Source: an uncultured delta proteobacterium (GTDB taxonomy: Bacteria > Myxococcota_A > Polyangia > Fen-1088). From it: a stretch of 64,000 nucleotides of DNA. The stretch is taken from positions 51,031 to 115,030 of the forward strand of contig CAWCMR010000026.1 in the NCBI GenBank assembly GCA_963796685.1. Direction: 5' to 3'. Of this stretch, positions 51,420 to 61,085 are shown piece by piece. Numbering within the stretch: the first letter of the stretch is position 1; each line of letters starts with the position of its first letter. The notes under the pieces were generated by a model. That model worked only from the letters and a program-made list of their open reading frames with translations. It ran no database searches and was not told the DNA's origin. A program made the position numbers and the translations under genes.

Positions 51420-53966
51420 ATGCGCGTAGCACGATTCAATGTGGTCGCTCTCCCACTCCTTCTTGGGTTCCTCGGGTGTTCCTCAGGAACCGGAGGTACT
51501 GCCGGCCAAGGAGGCGCTAGCGCCAATGGCGGTACCCCGGGCAGAGGCGGCGCGACCAGCTCGGGCGGCGCGACCAGCGCGGGCGGCACGACCAGCGCGG
51601 GCGGTGCGACCAGCGCGGGCGGTGCGACCAGCGCGGGCGGTGCGACCGGTAGTGGTGGCCGCGGCTCCGGCGGCGCGACCGTTTCGGGCGGAGCGACCGG
51701 CTCTGGCGGCACGACTGGCACGGGCGGCGTGACCAACTCTGGTGGCGCGAATAGCGCGGGCGGACGAAGCGGCGCGGGCGGCGCAAATTCCGACGGCGGC
51801 CCGACGGGCACAGGTGGCAAGACCGGCTCGGGTGGCACATCGGGAGGTCTCGACGCCTCGGCGGGAGGTTCGTGCGCGGCCTCGACGGCTGCGGATCCGA
51901 CCACAACGTCGATAGCCGGAACCTGGGACTTCACCCCTTCGGGCGGAGCCAAGCGGACCATCACGGTCCCGGGCGGTGGCTGGTTCAAGCAAGGCATCAC
52001 GACATCGAGCGGCACCTACGCTACCCAGATTACGATCCCAGATTCTGGTGCTGCGCAAAGCACGCTGATTGAATTCGGCGCGGCCAATTTTCAATCGACG
52101 CTTTCGGTTGACGGTAAAGAGGTCGCAACCAACACGACTTCGTTCACCCCATCGGTCTTCGACGTCACCAAATTCGTGACGCCTGGCAAGCAGCATGCCA
52201 TTTCCGTGCTGGTCAAGGGCAGCCAGGCGCTGAAGACGAACGGCAAGTTCCTCGTTCCTGTCGCGGCCGACTGGTCGCCGAATGTCCCGCAGGGGATCTT
52301 CCGCTCCGCACTGTTGCACGTGTATCCCGATGTCTACATCAGCGACGCATTCGTGAAGACGAGCGTCACCGATGACACGCTGACCTACGAAGTTTCGGTC
52401 GCGAATACGGGGACCACGAGCCAGGACGTGACACTGTCCGGCGCCCTCAGCTCCTGGAACTGCGATACCTTCGCGTACCCGTCGATTCCCGACACGACGG
52501 TCACAGCCGCACCCGGCACCACCACGAAGAAGACGATCGGCCCGATCAAGTGGGGGCTCGGCACGACCTCGTATTGGTGGCCAAACGTTCCGTACCAGCC
52601 CGACTACAAGGCCCGTCTGCACAACTTGACCCTTCAGGTGAAAAACGGCGGCAAGGTGACCCAGAGCAAGGTCGTCCGTTTCGGCTTCCGCCAAAGCGAA
52701 AGGAAGCGAGCCGATGCTCAGCACATCTACTACTACTTGAACGGCATTCGCGTGAACTACCGGGGCGACAATCTACAAGGCGCGAACTACGACAGCATCG
52801 ACAACAACGGCAAGAGCGATGCCTACGACATGCTCCCGGGCTTCCTGCCGCCCTCCGGGCAAAATTCGGGTTGGCCGCAGGCGGTGCGAAACTACCAAGA
52901 ACTGAACTACAACTTTATTCGCATCCATCAGGAGCTCGCCGCACCCTACATGCTCGACACGGCGGACGAGCTCGGCCTCATGCTCATGGGCGAAACGGCC
53001 ATTCGGGGTAGCAACAACACCCAAGACTTCGTTGCGGGACACGACAACATGGTCGGCCACGCCCAGGCGATGGTGCTTCGCGATCGCAACCACCCTGCGA
53101 TCGTTCGCTGGAGCCAAAGCAACGAGGCGGGCAGTGCCAGCACGGATTCGACTCAATTCGAGACCGACCTCTTCAATGCCATCACCAAACTGGACGGTAC
53201 GCGGCCAATCAGCACGGATCCCTTCGGAACCGGTACGAACTATGGATTGCCAAGCCCGGACTTCGCAGTCGTCGGCCACTATATCGGCGGCCTCGGCGTG
53301 TATACCGAAGACGTGAACGCCAACAACAACAATCCCTACGGCCAGGGCGAGTACATCTGGTCCAAAGACAATACCCGTCAAGGATTGACGTGGTTCGGAA
53401 CGTCGGCGATGGCGATGCGAAGGCAGGATGCCTCGGACGTACGCCCCTACACGTTGCTTTCGGGCTGGTCCAGCTTCGTGCCGGGAACCAAGCGGACCAC
53501 GATGACCATCGAGCAAGGCGGAAATCCGGTGTTCGGCGAAGACAATTTGCCCGACCCGTGGTCGAGCCAAATCATCCGACGTGTCCAGCACGGCTTCAGT
53601 CCCGTGCTCGTCGCGGACAAGGACTACTGGGAGTCCAACAAGATGTCCAACGCCAACGGGGATTGGCCGGCGACGGTTCCGAGCCTCGCGAAAGGTGCGT
53701 CTCGCGCGACGACCCTTCTCATCTTCAACGACACCTTCGCAGGAACGTCCATCGACATCACCTGGGAGGTGCATGCGGACAGTGCGACCGGGACACTCGG
53801 CGCTACGGGAACACTGACCGTCGATGTGCCGTTCGGAACCATGGTGACCAAGTCAATCAACATAACGGCTCCGACCTCTGGAACGAAATGCTACTTGGTC
53901 CTCCGAGCCCAGAAGAATGGAACAACACTCTTCGAGGAGACCGACGAATCGTTCAACCTGCAGTAG
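51420..53966 (+). CDS. GH2 glycoside hydrolase lipoprotein with Gly-rich linker
   Basis: GGAGG RBS; lipobox FLGC; YNFIRIH, ADELGL, RDRNHPAIVRWSQSNE, GEY. Confidence 0.85.
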   Translation: MRVARFNVVALPLLLGFLGCSSGTGGTAGQGGASANGGTPGRGGATSSGGATSAGGTTSAGGATSAGGATSAGGATGSGGRGSGGATVSGGATGSGGTTGTGGVTNSGGANSAGGRSGAGGANSDGGPTGTGGKTGSGGTSGGLDASAGGSCAASTAADPTTTSIAGTWDFTPSGGAKRTITVPGGGWFKQGITTSSGTYATQITIPDSGAAQSTLIEFGAANFQSTLSVDGKEVATNTTSFTPSVFDVTKFVTPGKQHAISVLVKGSQALKTNGKFLVPVAADWSPNVPQGIFRSALLHVYPDVYISDAFVKTSVTDDTLTYEVSVANTGTTSQDVTLSGALSSWNCDTFAYPSIPDTTVTAAPGTTTKKTIGPIKWGLGTTSYWWPNVPYQPDYKARLHNLTLQVKNGGKVTQSKVVRFGFRQSERKRADAQHIYYYLNGIRVNYRGDNLQGANYDSIDNNGKSDAYDMLPGFLPPSGQNSGWPQAVRNYQELNYNFIRIHQELAAPYMLDTADELGLMLMGETAIRGSNNTQDFVAGHDNMVGHAQAMVLRDRNHPAIVRWSQSNEAGSASTDSTQFETDLFNAITKLDGTRPISTDPFGTGTNYGLPSPDFAVVGHYIGGLGVYTEDVNANNNNPYGQGEYIWSKDNTRQGLTWFGTSAMAMRRQDASDVRPYTLLSGWSSFVPGTKRTTMTIEQGGNPVFGEDNLPDPWSSQIIRRVQHGFSPVLVADKDYWESNKMSNANGDWPATVPSLAKGASRATTLLIFNDTFAGTSIDITWEVHADSATGTLGATGTLTVDVPFGTMVTKSINITAPTSGTKCYLVLRAQKNGTTLFEETDESFNLQ
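51546..51647 (+). repeat. 18-bp in-frame tandem repeat (GGATSA x ~5.7)
   Basis: Consecutive GGCGGYGCGACCAGCGCG-like units. Confidence 0.85.
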
Positions 53967-54088
53967 GGAGACGGGGTCAGCGGCTTTGCGCGTCTATCGG
54001 CACGCGAGCCGTTCTGCCCCGACCATGCAGGGCGTTGGCGCCCCCTCACACGCTCTCGGCTGAAAACGAGAAGAAAGCAGACCCATCG

Positions 54089-55714
54089 ATGAGAATGCCA
54101 CCACGAACCTACACGCTCTTTGCCGCCGGCTTGCTGTTCGGGTGCTCGTCCAGCTCGGGCGGCACCGCCGCGAAAGGATCGGGAGGCTCATCGGGGTCGG
54201 GCGGAGTCGGCCACAATGGCGGCAGCGGAGCAGGCGGCGGCGCGGCGGGAACGGGCGGACTTATGGGCGTTGGTGGAGCTGCGGTCGGCGGCGCAGTCGC
54301 GACCGGCGGCGCAGTCGCGACCGGCGGCACCAGCGGGACCGGCGGCATTAGCACGACTGGCGGCACGAACGCAACCGGCGGCAAGAGCTCCACGGGCGGC
54401 TCCTCTACATCAGGCGGGACATCGGGTGGAGGGGTAACCGGCGTGGGCGGAAGCTCGGCCTCGGGTGGAACGGCCGGACGTACGACCACTGGAGGCAGCT
54501 CGGGGACTGGGGGCTCTGCGGGCAGCAGCGGCGTCGTCGACGCCGGATCCAGCGATGCGACGGGAGGCAGCCCCGACGCCAATCCCGGCATCATCGCGGC
54601 CACGCCGCCTATGGGCTGGAACTCGTGGAACGCGTTCGCGTGCGACATCGACGAAACGCGCATCAAAGCCGCCGCCGATGCTCTGGTCAGCAGCGGGATG
54701 AAGGACGTCGGCTACCAATACGTGAACGTCGACGATTGCTGGATGAACGGTCGGGATTCCTCGGGCACCATTCGCTGGGACACCACGAGGTTTCCCTCGG
54801 GCATCGCAGGGCTCGCCAGCTACGTGCACGACAAGGGGCTCAAGTTCGGCATCTATTCGGCACCCAACACGGGCACGTGCGAAGGGCTCTACGGCCAACC
54901 TTCGAAATCCTCCGTGTTCGTGGGAAGCCTCGGCCACGAGTCGCAGGACGCGAAGTCCTACGCTTCGTGGGGTGTGGATCTGCTCAAATACGACGATTGC
55001 GGTGGCCCACAAAGCGCGTTCGCGACCATGCGCGATGCACTTCGCGCGACCGGCCGCCCCATCGTCTACAGCATCAACCCGTACAACGGCAGCACCTGCG
55101 TGCCGACCGGTGCGCACACCTCGACGTGTGGGCTCGATCTGGCCGGCATCGCCCACATGTGGCGGGTCAGCGCGGACATCAAAGCGACCTGGGGTGACGT
55201 CACCCGTATCATCGACATCGAGGCTCCGCTGTCGGCCTACGCCGGCCCGGGACACTGGAACGACCCGGACATGCTGGAGGTCGGCAACGGCAGCCTCACC
55301 GACGCCGAAAACCACGCGCACTTCAGCCTGTGGGCCATGTTCGCCGCGCCTCTCATCGCGGGGAACGATCTGACCACGATGTCGGCGGCGACGAAGACCA
55401 TCCTCACCAATGCCGAGGTCATCGCCGTCGATCAGGATCCGCTCGGAAATCAAGCCAAGGTGGTCGCGACGCCGCAGACCGGGCTTCAGGTCTGGTCGAA
55501 GACCATGAGTGGCAGCAACGCGCGTGCCGTCGCGCTCTTCAATCGGAACGGGAGCGCCGCCAGCATCACCGTCAAGTTCGCCGACGTGGGTCTGTCGGGT
55601 CAGGTCACGGTCCGCGATCTCTGGCAAAAGTCCGACCTCGGCAGCTTCAGCGACAGCTACACCGCGACCAGCGTCCCCAGCCACGGCGTCGTCATGCTCC
55701 GCCTCTCTCAGTAG
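54089..55714 (+). CDS. GH27 alpha-galactosidase lipoprotein with Gly-rich linker
   Basis: Lipobox LFGC; TPPMGWNSWN, VNVDDCW, LKYDDC, WRVSADI, WNDPDMLEVG. Confidence 0.92.
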   Translation: MRMPPRTYTLFAAGLLFGCSSSSGGTAAKGSGGSSGSGGVGHNGGSGAGGGAAGTGGLMGVGGAAVGGAVATGGAVATGGTSGTGGISTTGGTNATGGKSSTGGSSTSGGTSGGGVTGVGGSSASGGTAGRTTTGGSSGTGGSAGSSGVVDAGSSDATGGSPDANPGIIAATPPMGWNSWNAFACDIDETRIKAAADALVSSGMKDVGYQYVNVDDCWMNGRDSSGTIRWDTTRFPSGIAGLASYVHDKGLKFGIYSAPNTGTCEGLYGQPSKSSVFVGSLGHESQDAKSYASWGVDLLKYDDCGGPQSAFATMRDALRATGRPIVYSINPYNGSTCVPTGAHTSTCGLDLAGIAHMWRVSADIKATWGDVTRIIDIEAPLSAYAGPGHWNDPDMLEVGNGSLTDAENHAHFSLWAMFAAPLIAGNDLTTMSAATKTILTNAEVIAVDQDPLGNQAKVVATPQTGLQVWSKTMSGSNARAVALFNRNGSAASITVKFADVGLSGQVTVRDLWQKSDLGSFSDSYTATSVPSHGVVMLRLSQ

Positions 55715-56142
55715 CGCTGCAGTGGTTCGGTGGCCCCATGACCATGACCGTGACCGCTTGATGGTTCAAGCAATCCGGCGGACCCGCTGGTGCAGAATCG
55801 GATGGGGCTTCGGCGAGTGAAGTTGGGGATGTAGCTGCAGTCGGCGTCTGGCGCGCCACCACAGGTCCGGATTCCGGACACCGGGCGACTCGAAACTACT
55901 CTCGGTCGGGGAGCCCATAGACCAATCCCTTGCGTGGAAAGTAGCGGCGCAGCCATGGCAGGAACATGAGATACGCAGCCGGCATGATGAGGCCGGGCCA
56001 TGGGCTGTCATTTCACGAGTGGCGCAACTGCGAACAAGAAGTAACGAAGGTCTTCTTTCGCAGCACGGCTCTGCGTCTTGTGTCTCTGACCTGGCGTGCC
56101 CCAGTCCGTCCGGGAGGGACAGGGAATCCTCCCGTCGGCGAA

Positions 56143-56169
56143 ACGGAATCGAGACGCTCACGCCACTGC
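56143..56169 (+). promoter_or_regulatory. Conserved upstream motif (candidate ECF promoter) of the GH43-like gene
   Basis: ACGGAATCGAGACGCTCACGCCACTGC, second copy of 51264-51290. Confidence 0.55.
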
Positions 56170-56251
56170 CATGACTATGAAACTGTTTTCAGTGCGGTTG
56201 TGTGTTCGCTGGACGAACGCCGTCGTCGACGTAAAGAATGAGGTTTTCACC

Positions 56252-57970
56252 ATGCGTAACTCCCACCACCAGTTTTCGCACCATTCAACCCGATCCACGC
56301 GCCTCCTGGCTGGGATCGCGACGGCCATCTGCCTCGCGTACGTCAGCCTGGCCGGAACCGCAAGCGCCAAACCGTTTGAGGAGTATATCCAACCGACTCC
56401 CGAAGTCGCGCCGCTCAGCTCCGCCACCTGGGGCGTGACGGGCGATCCGGGCGTAGTTCCGCGCGACATCTCCAACGGCATCGAGAGCGCCATGGGCGCA
56501 GGCGTTCATCCGCAGTGGTACTACTGGGACGGGGAGATCATCCGGGCCCAAGACGGCAAGTACCACATGTTCATGAGCACGTTCGACGCAAACTCGAACT
56601 TTGGGTCGGCCTGGATGGGCTCCGACGCCTACCATGCCATCAGCCAAACCAACGTGCTCGGGCCCTACGCGCGACAGGACTACGTGTACAACAGCGGCGG
56701 CTCGTCCCCCCACAAGGGGCACAACGTCTCCGCAGCCCAGCTGTCAGACGGCAGCTACGTGGTCGTCGTCAGCGAGATCGTTCCCTTCCAGCTCTACAAG
56801 TCGACCTCGCTCGATGGTCCATGGACGGGTTGCTCACCCGCACCGCAGAGCGATGTCGGTGGGTCCAACATCAGCTTCATCGAGCGCCACGATGGCAAAT
56901 TCGAAATCACGGAGCGTAACGGTGGCCTCGCGGTCTCGGACACCCTGTGTGGCCACTACGTGAGGCAGCAGCCCAAGACTACCTACACCGCGCACACCAA
57001 CAGCGTCTATCCAGTGCGGACCTCGATACCGGGGGTATCCAATCCAACCTACGCTTATGAAGAGGATCCCCACATCTGGCGCAGTGGAGGTACCTACCAC
57101 ATCATCTACTCGGGTTCCGGAGATCGCGTCGGGTGGCACGTGTATTCGCCCGACGGCCTCACCGGTTGGAAGGATAACGGGTACGCCTGGTCTGGGCGAG
57201 ACTACAAGAAGATCTTCTGTTACGAAGGAACCACCACCTGCACGGCATGGTACAAGATGGAGCGACCGGGAGTCGTGCTGGAAGACGGCCACCCGACCCA
57301 TATCACTTGGGCCGTATCCGATGTCGACAAGGACAACCAGGTCCTGCCCGGCACCAATCACGGCACCAAGGTCATCGTGGTGCCATTCGACGGCGTGGCG
57401 TTCGATAACGACTTTGGTGTCGGCGGAACTGATGCTGGCGTTAGTGGAACCGGCGGAAGCACTGGAACAGGCGGCGCCACCGGCCGTGACGGCGGGATGG
57501 GTGGCAGCGGCTCGGGCGGCGTCTCTGGAACCGGCGGCCGCTCGGGGTCCGACGGCGGGCTGGGTGGAAATGGCTCTGGCGGCACGAGCGGCAGCGGCTC
57601 TGGCGGCACCACGGGTGGGGTGGGCGGCAGCGGCACGGGAGGCGCACCCGGAAGCGGCGGTCGCTCCGGCGCCACAGGCGGCACGACCGTGGTTGCTTCT
57701 GGCGGCGCGTCCGGTTCCGGCGGAGCGGGCACTGGCGGCGTGACTGCGGGCAGTGGAGGTGTCACCAGCGCGGGCGGTGCAGGCTCGGGAGGGCATGGCA
57801 CCGGTAGTGCCGGACATGGTGGCTCCAGCTCGTCGACCTCGACGGCACAAACCGGGTCGTCGTCGGGTTGCTCGTGCACCATCCAGGGAAGAACACGACA
57901 ATTCGCCCATGGATGGGAGCTTCTTCTCGGGTTGGCGCTCGTTTCACGGCTTCGCCGCCAGCGGCGCTGA
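56252..57970 (+). CDS. GH43-like five-bladed propeller hydrolase with Gly-rich linker and MYXO-CTERM anchor
   Basis: Signal peptide; WDGEII..DGKYHMF, EDPHIW, ERPGVV; C-terminal SSGCSC..LLLGLALVSRLRRQRR. Confidence 0.75.
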   Translation: MRNSHHQFSHHSTRSTRLLAGIATAICLAYVSLAGTASAKPFEEYIQPTPEVAPLSSATWGVTGDPGVVPRDISNGIESAMGAGVHPQWYYWDGEIIRAQDGKYHMFMSTFDANSNFGSAWMGSDAYHAISQTNVLGPYARQDYVYNSGGSSPHKGHNVSAAQLSDGSYVVVVSEIVPFQLYKSTSLDGPWTGCSPAPQSDVGGSNISFIERHDGKFEITERNGGLAVSDTLCGHYVRQQPKTTYTAHTNSVYPVRTSIPGVSNPTYAYEEDPHIWRSGGTYHIIYSGSGDRVGWHVYSPDGLTGWKDNGYAWSGRDYKKIFCYEGTTTCTAWYKMERPGVVLEDGHPTHITWAVSDVDKDNQVLPGTNHGTKVIVVPFDGVAFDNDFGVGGTDAGVSGTGGSTGTGGATGRDGGMGGSGSGGVSGTGGRSGSDGGLGGNGSGGTSGSGSGGTTGGVGGSGTGGAPGSGGRSGATGGTTVVASGGASGSGGAGTGGVTAGSGGVTSAGGAGSGGHGTGSAGHGGSSSSTSTAQTGSSSGCSCTIQGRTRQFAHGWELLLGLALVSRLRRQRR

Positions 57971-58372
57971 GGTCCCGCGCACCGGGATCGGCCATGTCAC
58001 GCCGGTCCCAGTGTGCTAGCCAGCCTGGCCATTCTTGAACCCTGGACCTCCGGCGACAGCCAGAACGACGACCGGCCCGCGCCACCGGAGGCTGGCGTTC
58101 AGCCAAACCGCCCGGCGGGCCGCCGACCGCAGACGGCTGCGCCGGTAATCGCCTTGCGCATGGAAGGGCTGCTCACTTGGACAGCGGAGCGCGTTGGCCG
58201 CAGCGCACCTCTGGTATTACGGATCACCAAGCTCGGCGATGGCCTCCTCGAAGGTGCCGCACGCGAGCTACAGACCCCGCGGTGTCCAGAAAGGCATCGC
58301 CGAGATTCTCCCACGAATTCGAGCAGATATGGAGCTTGGAAACGGCGCCACACGCGAGCAATCTGGAGAAGA

Positions 58373-58760
58373 ATGTTGCCCATGACGTTGCAGTTCATCA
58401 TCGTGATGATCGCGTCTGCGATCAACGATCGGCTGCAACGCAAACTCGACTATGTCGAAGAAGAGAGGCGCATCCTTCGAGAGCAACTCGACGCCGCTAC
58501 GGGTGGCAAGAGGTTGTCGTTCTCCACCGACCAGCGTCGGAAGCTGGCCACGGCCGGCAAGTTGCTCACGCCAGACGAACGTCGGAAGTGTTGCCACCTC
58601 GTGAAGCCAGCCACCATTCTCACTTGGTTCCGGCAGCTTGCCGCCAGGAAGTACGACAGCTCCGCGGCCAGGCGAGGTCGCCCGCCCAAGCCCAAGAATG
58701 TCCGCAAGCTGGTCATCAAGCTCGCCACGGAAAACCTTCGCTGGGGTTACACGAAAATCC
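58373..58760 (+). pseudogene. Truncated integrase-core IS transposase (N-terminal part)
   Basis: LDYVEEERRILREQL, LVKPATILTWFRQL, RGRPP, LATENLRWGYTKIR; DDE core missing. Confidence 0.75.
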
Positions 58761-59678
58761 GGGTGACCGGCATCGTTTCCTGTGCCTTGCTCGGTTGGGG
58801 CCGACCCGTGGCAGCCGAACCGTCGGCCACATTCAGGCTCAGCCTGGACGGCCCCCGAGGAGTGTCCTTCGCAACAGCAGGTCCAAGCAGAAATCGCGCG
58901 TTTGCTCGGCGGCGACATCCAGCTTCACGAGGGCGATCTGGATGTAAAGGCCACGGTTGTGCACGGCCCGTCGTGGTCCGCGGACCTGTCAACCCAGCTT
59001 GCGGGCCAGGCCGGGCACCGGAGCATCGAAGCCCCCTCGTGCAAGGCAGCGGCGGACGCCGTCGCATTGATCGTGGCTCTCTTGATCGATCCTGATGCGG
59101 TGGCCCACCAGCCGACTGCGCCGGAAGTTCCTTCTGCCCCTGAGATACCTGCATCCAATAGGCGGGGACCGAAATTTCTTGTCGGTGTGCACGCCCAAGG
59201 ACGCATCGGCACCCTGCCTGGAGCCGACATCGGGCTTGGCTTTGGCATCGGCGTGGCCGGTGTGCGCTGGCGAACGGATCTGCGTTGGAGCTATGGCTTG
59301 AGGCGCGATCAAGTCGCTTCGCTGCCTTCTGGCGCGTCCGGCCGATTCAACATCGCGTCCGCCTCCCTGACCGAATGTTTCAACCTGGGTCAGACGCGAT
59401 GGAGATTTGGACCTTGTGCCGCTCTCGAGGCGGGCAGAGTTTCCGTGAGTGGCTTCGGCGCCACAGCCGGATTCTCTAAAGATGCTCTCTGGTTAGCTCT
59501 GGGCGGCGGCGCGTTCTTGTCCATCGCGATGGGGCAACACTTGCACGCCTTGATAGAGGTGGATGTCGTCGCGCCTATGTATCGTCCCGACTATGTATTC
59601 CAGGATGTGCCCGGGGTGGTCTTCAGAGCCCCTGGCATAGGTAGTCGGGCGCTGGCCGACATTTCGTGGCACTTTTAG
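58761..59678 (+). CDS. ECF-cluster-associated putative outer-membrane protein (5' end replaced by IS remnant; frameshift at about 58843)
   Basis: Signal remnant, WTAPEECP, SCKAAADAVAL, Pro linker, amphipathic beta strands ending ISWHF. Confidence 0.6.
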
Positions 59679-59682
59679 CAAA

Positions 59683-59709
59683 GAATCCCGGCTGCGTCGG
59701 GAACCAAAG
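59683..59709 (+). promoter_or_regulatory. Candidate autoregulatory ECF promoter
   Basis: GAATC-N14-AACCAAAG, same pattern as 62529-62555. Confidence 0.5.
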
Positions 59710-59715
59710 TCGTAG

Positions 59716-60318
59716 ATGCCGTTCACAGCAGGCAACACCGCCCACGATCCAACCGACCCAACCGACGAAAGCATGGGCGCGATCCATGCCGGCTTCGGCG
59801 CGATCTACGAGAGCATGGTGGACTATGTCTGGAACGTGGTGTGCCGCATGGGTGTGCCCCAATCCGACGCCGAAGATGTCGTCCAGGAGGTGTTCGTCAC
59901 CGTCTACCGCCGGCTGGGCGAGTTCGAAGGGCGCGCGCAGCTCAAGACCTGGGTGTTCACCATCGCGGTGCACTTGGTTCAACACTACTTTCGAACCCAC
60001 GCGCGCAAGCCAGGTGACCGTGCGTCAGCCAAAGGGACAGAGATCCAGGCCCTGGTCGACCAGCAGGAAAATGGGCCGGCAAACCAGGTCGAACGCATGG
60101 AGCGCTACGATGCGCTCGACAGGGTGCTGGGCCAACTGGATGAGGGGAAACGGCTGGTGTTCGTGCTGGCGGAGCTGGAGCAGTTGACCTTGGTCGAGAT
60201 CGGCGAAATCGTCGGGGCCAACCCGAACACAGTCGCGACCCGACTGCGGGCGGCTCGGCAAGCATTCGAAAAGGCCTTGGCACGTTTTCAAACGCGAGAA
60301 CTGGGGAACGAAAAATGA
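59716..60318 (+). CDS. ECF sigma-70 factor
   Basis: DAEDVVQEVF, LKTWVFTIA; region 4 EIGEIVG..TVATRLRAAR. Confidence 0.92.
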   Translation: MPFTAGNTAHDPTDPTDESMGAIHAGFGAIYESMVDYVWNVVCRMGVPQSDAEDVVQEVFVTVYRRLGEFEGRAQLKTWVFTIAVHLVQHYFRTHARKPGDRASAKGTEIQALVDQQENGPANQVERMERYDALDRVLGQLDEGKRLVFVLAELEQLTLVEIGEIVGANPNTVATRLRAARQAFEKALARFQTRELGNEK

Positions 60319-61055
60319 ACGAGCTTGGCCCTACAGCGAGAGAGATGGTGGAGACGCACAGAAGGGGCAAGGTGCTGGCCCGCGCCGATCGGGAGCGCAT
60401 CAAGCAGAAGCTGATGCTGCGGGTGGCGACCCTGGGGGCGACAACGGCGGCGACTGGCACGGCGATGGGCATGTCCCTGGCCTCCAAGATCGCTTTGGTG
60501 GCGCTCGGGGTAACGGCGGTGGTGGGGGCCGGAACGTTTTCCATGTGGGCGTTGCGCGGGCGAGCGCCCGCGGGCGTGACTTCGCCGACCCAGTTTTCCC
60601 TGCCCCTGGCTCCCGAGACCATCAAGCCGGCGCCAGAGGCATCGCCCGAGGATTCTTTTCTTCCTGCCGATTCGGCCGGTGCTGGACGCATCGAGCACGT
60701 GAAGAAGGCCAGCAAGCGTCCCGCCGTGGCCGCGGCCACCCCAAGCCCTGCCGCGGTCCCGGCTGCTCCCCTGGATCCTGAGCCAGAGCTGCGTGTGTTG
60801 CGTGAGGCACGAGAGGACTTGCGTGCGGACCGCTCCGAGAGTGCGTACCGGCGCCTCGACGACTACGGTCGCCAGCATAGCGGGGGAATGCTGGCGCAAG
60901 AGCGGCGAGCGTTGTCGGCCATCGCGCTTTGCGAGTGGAAGCCTGGTCCCGAGGCGCAAACCCGTGCAGCCGATTTCCTGCGGACTTCCCCCGAATCTCC
61001 CCTGGCCAAACGGGTGCGTTCGGCGTGCGACATGATCAGCAAGCCGCCGCGATAG
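60315..61055 (+). CDS. Putative membrane anti-sigma factor with C-terminal TPR-like domain
   Basis: ATGA overlap with sigma; single TM; Pro-rich linker; ELRVLREAREDL..GMLAQERRAL..PESPL. Confidence 0.7.
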   Translation: MNELGPTAREMVETHRRGKVLARADRERIKQKLMLRVATLGATTAATGTAMGMSLASKIALVALGVTAVVGAGTFSMWALRGRAPAGVTSPTQFSLPLAPETIKPAPEASPEDSFLPADSAGAGRIEHVKKASKRPAVAAATPSPAAVPAAPLDPEPELRVLREAREDLRADRSESAYRRLDDYGRQHSGGMLAQERRALSAIALCEWKPGPEAQTRAADFLRTSPESPLAKRVRSACDMISKPPR

Positions 61056-61085
61056 ACAAAGCCAACGGTGCTGGTAATTCGGAGC

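Noticed and set aside
55731-55760. Short hexamer repeat (ATGACC/GTGACC) after the GH27 gene
   Set aside because: Too short, with no partner arm, to support a call
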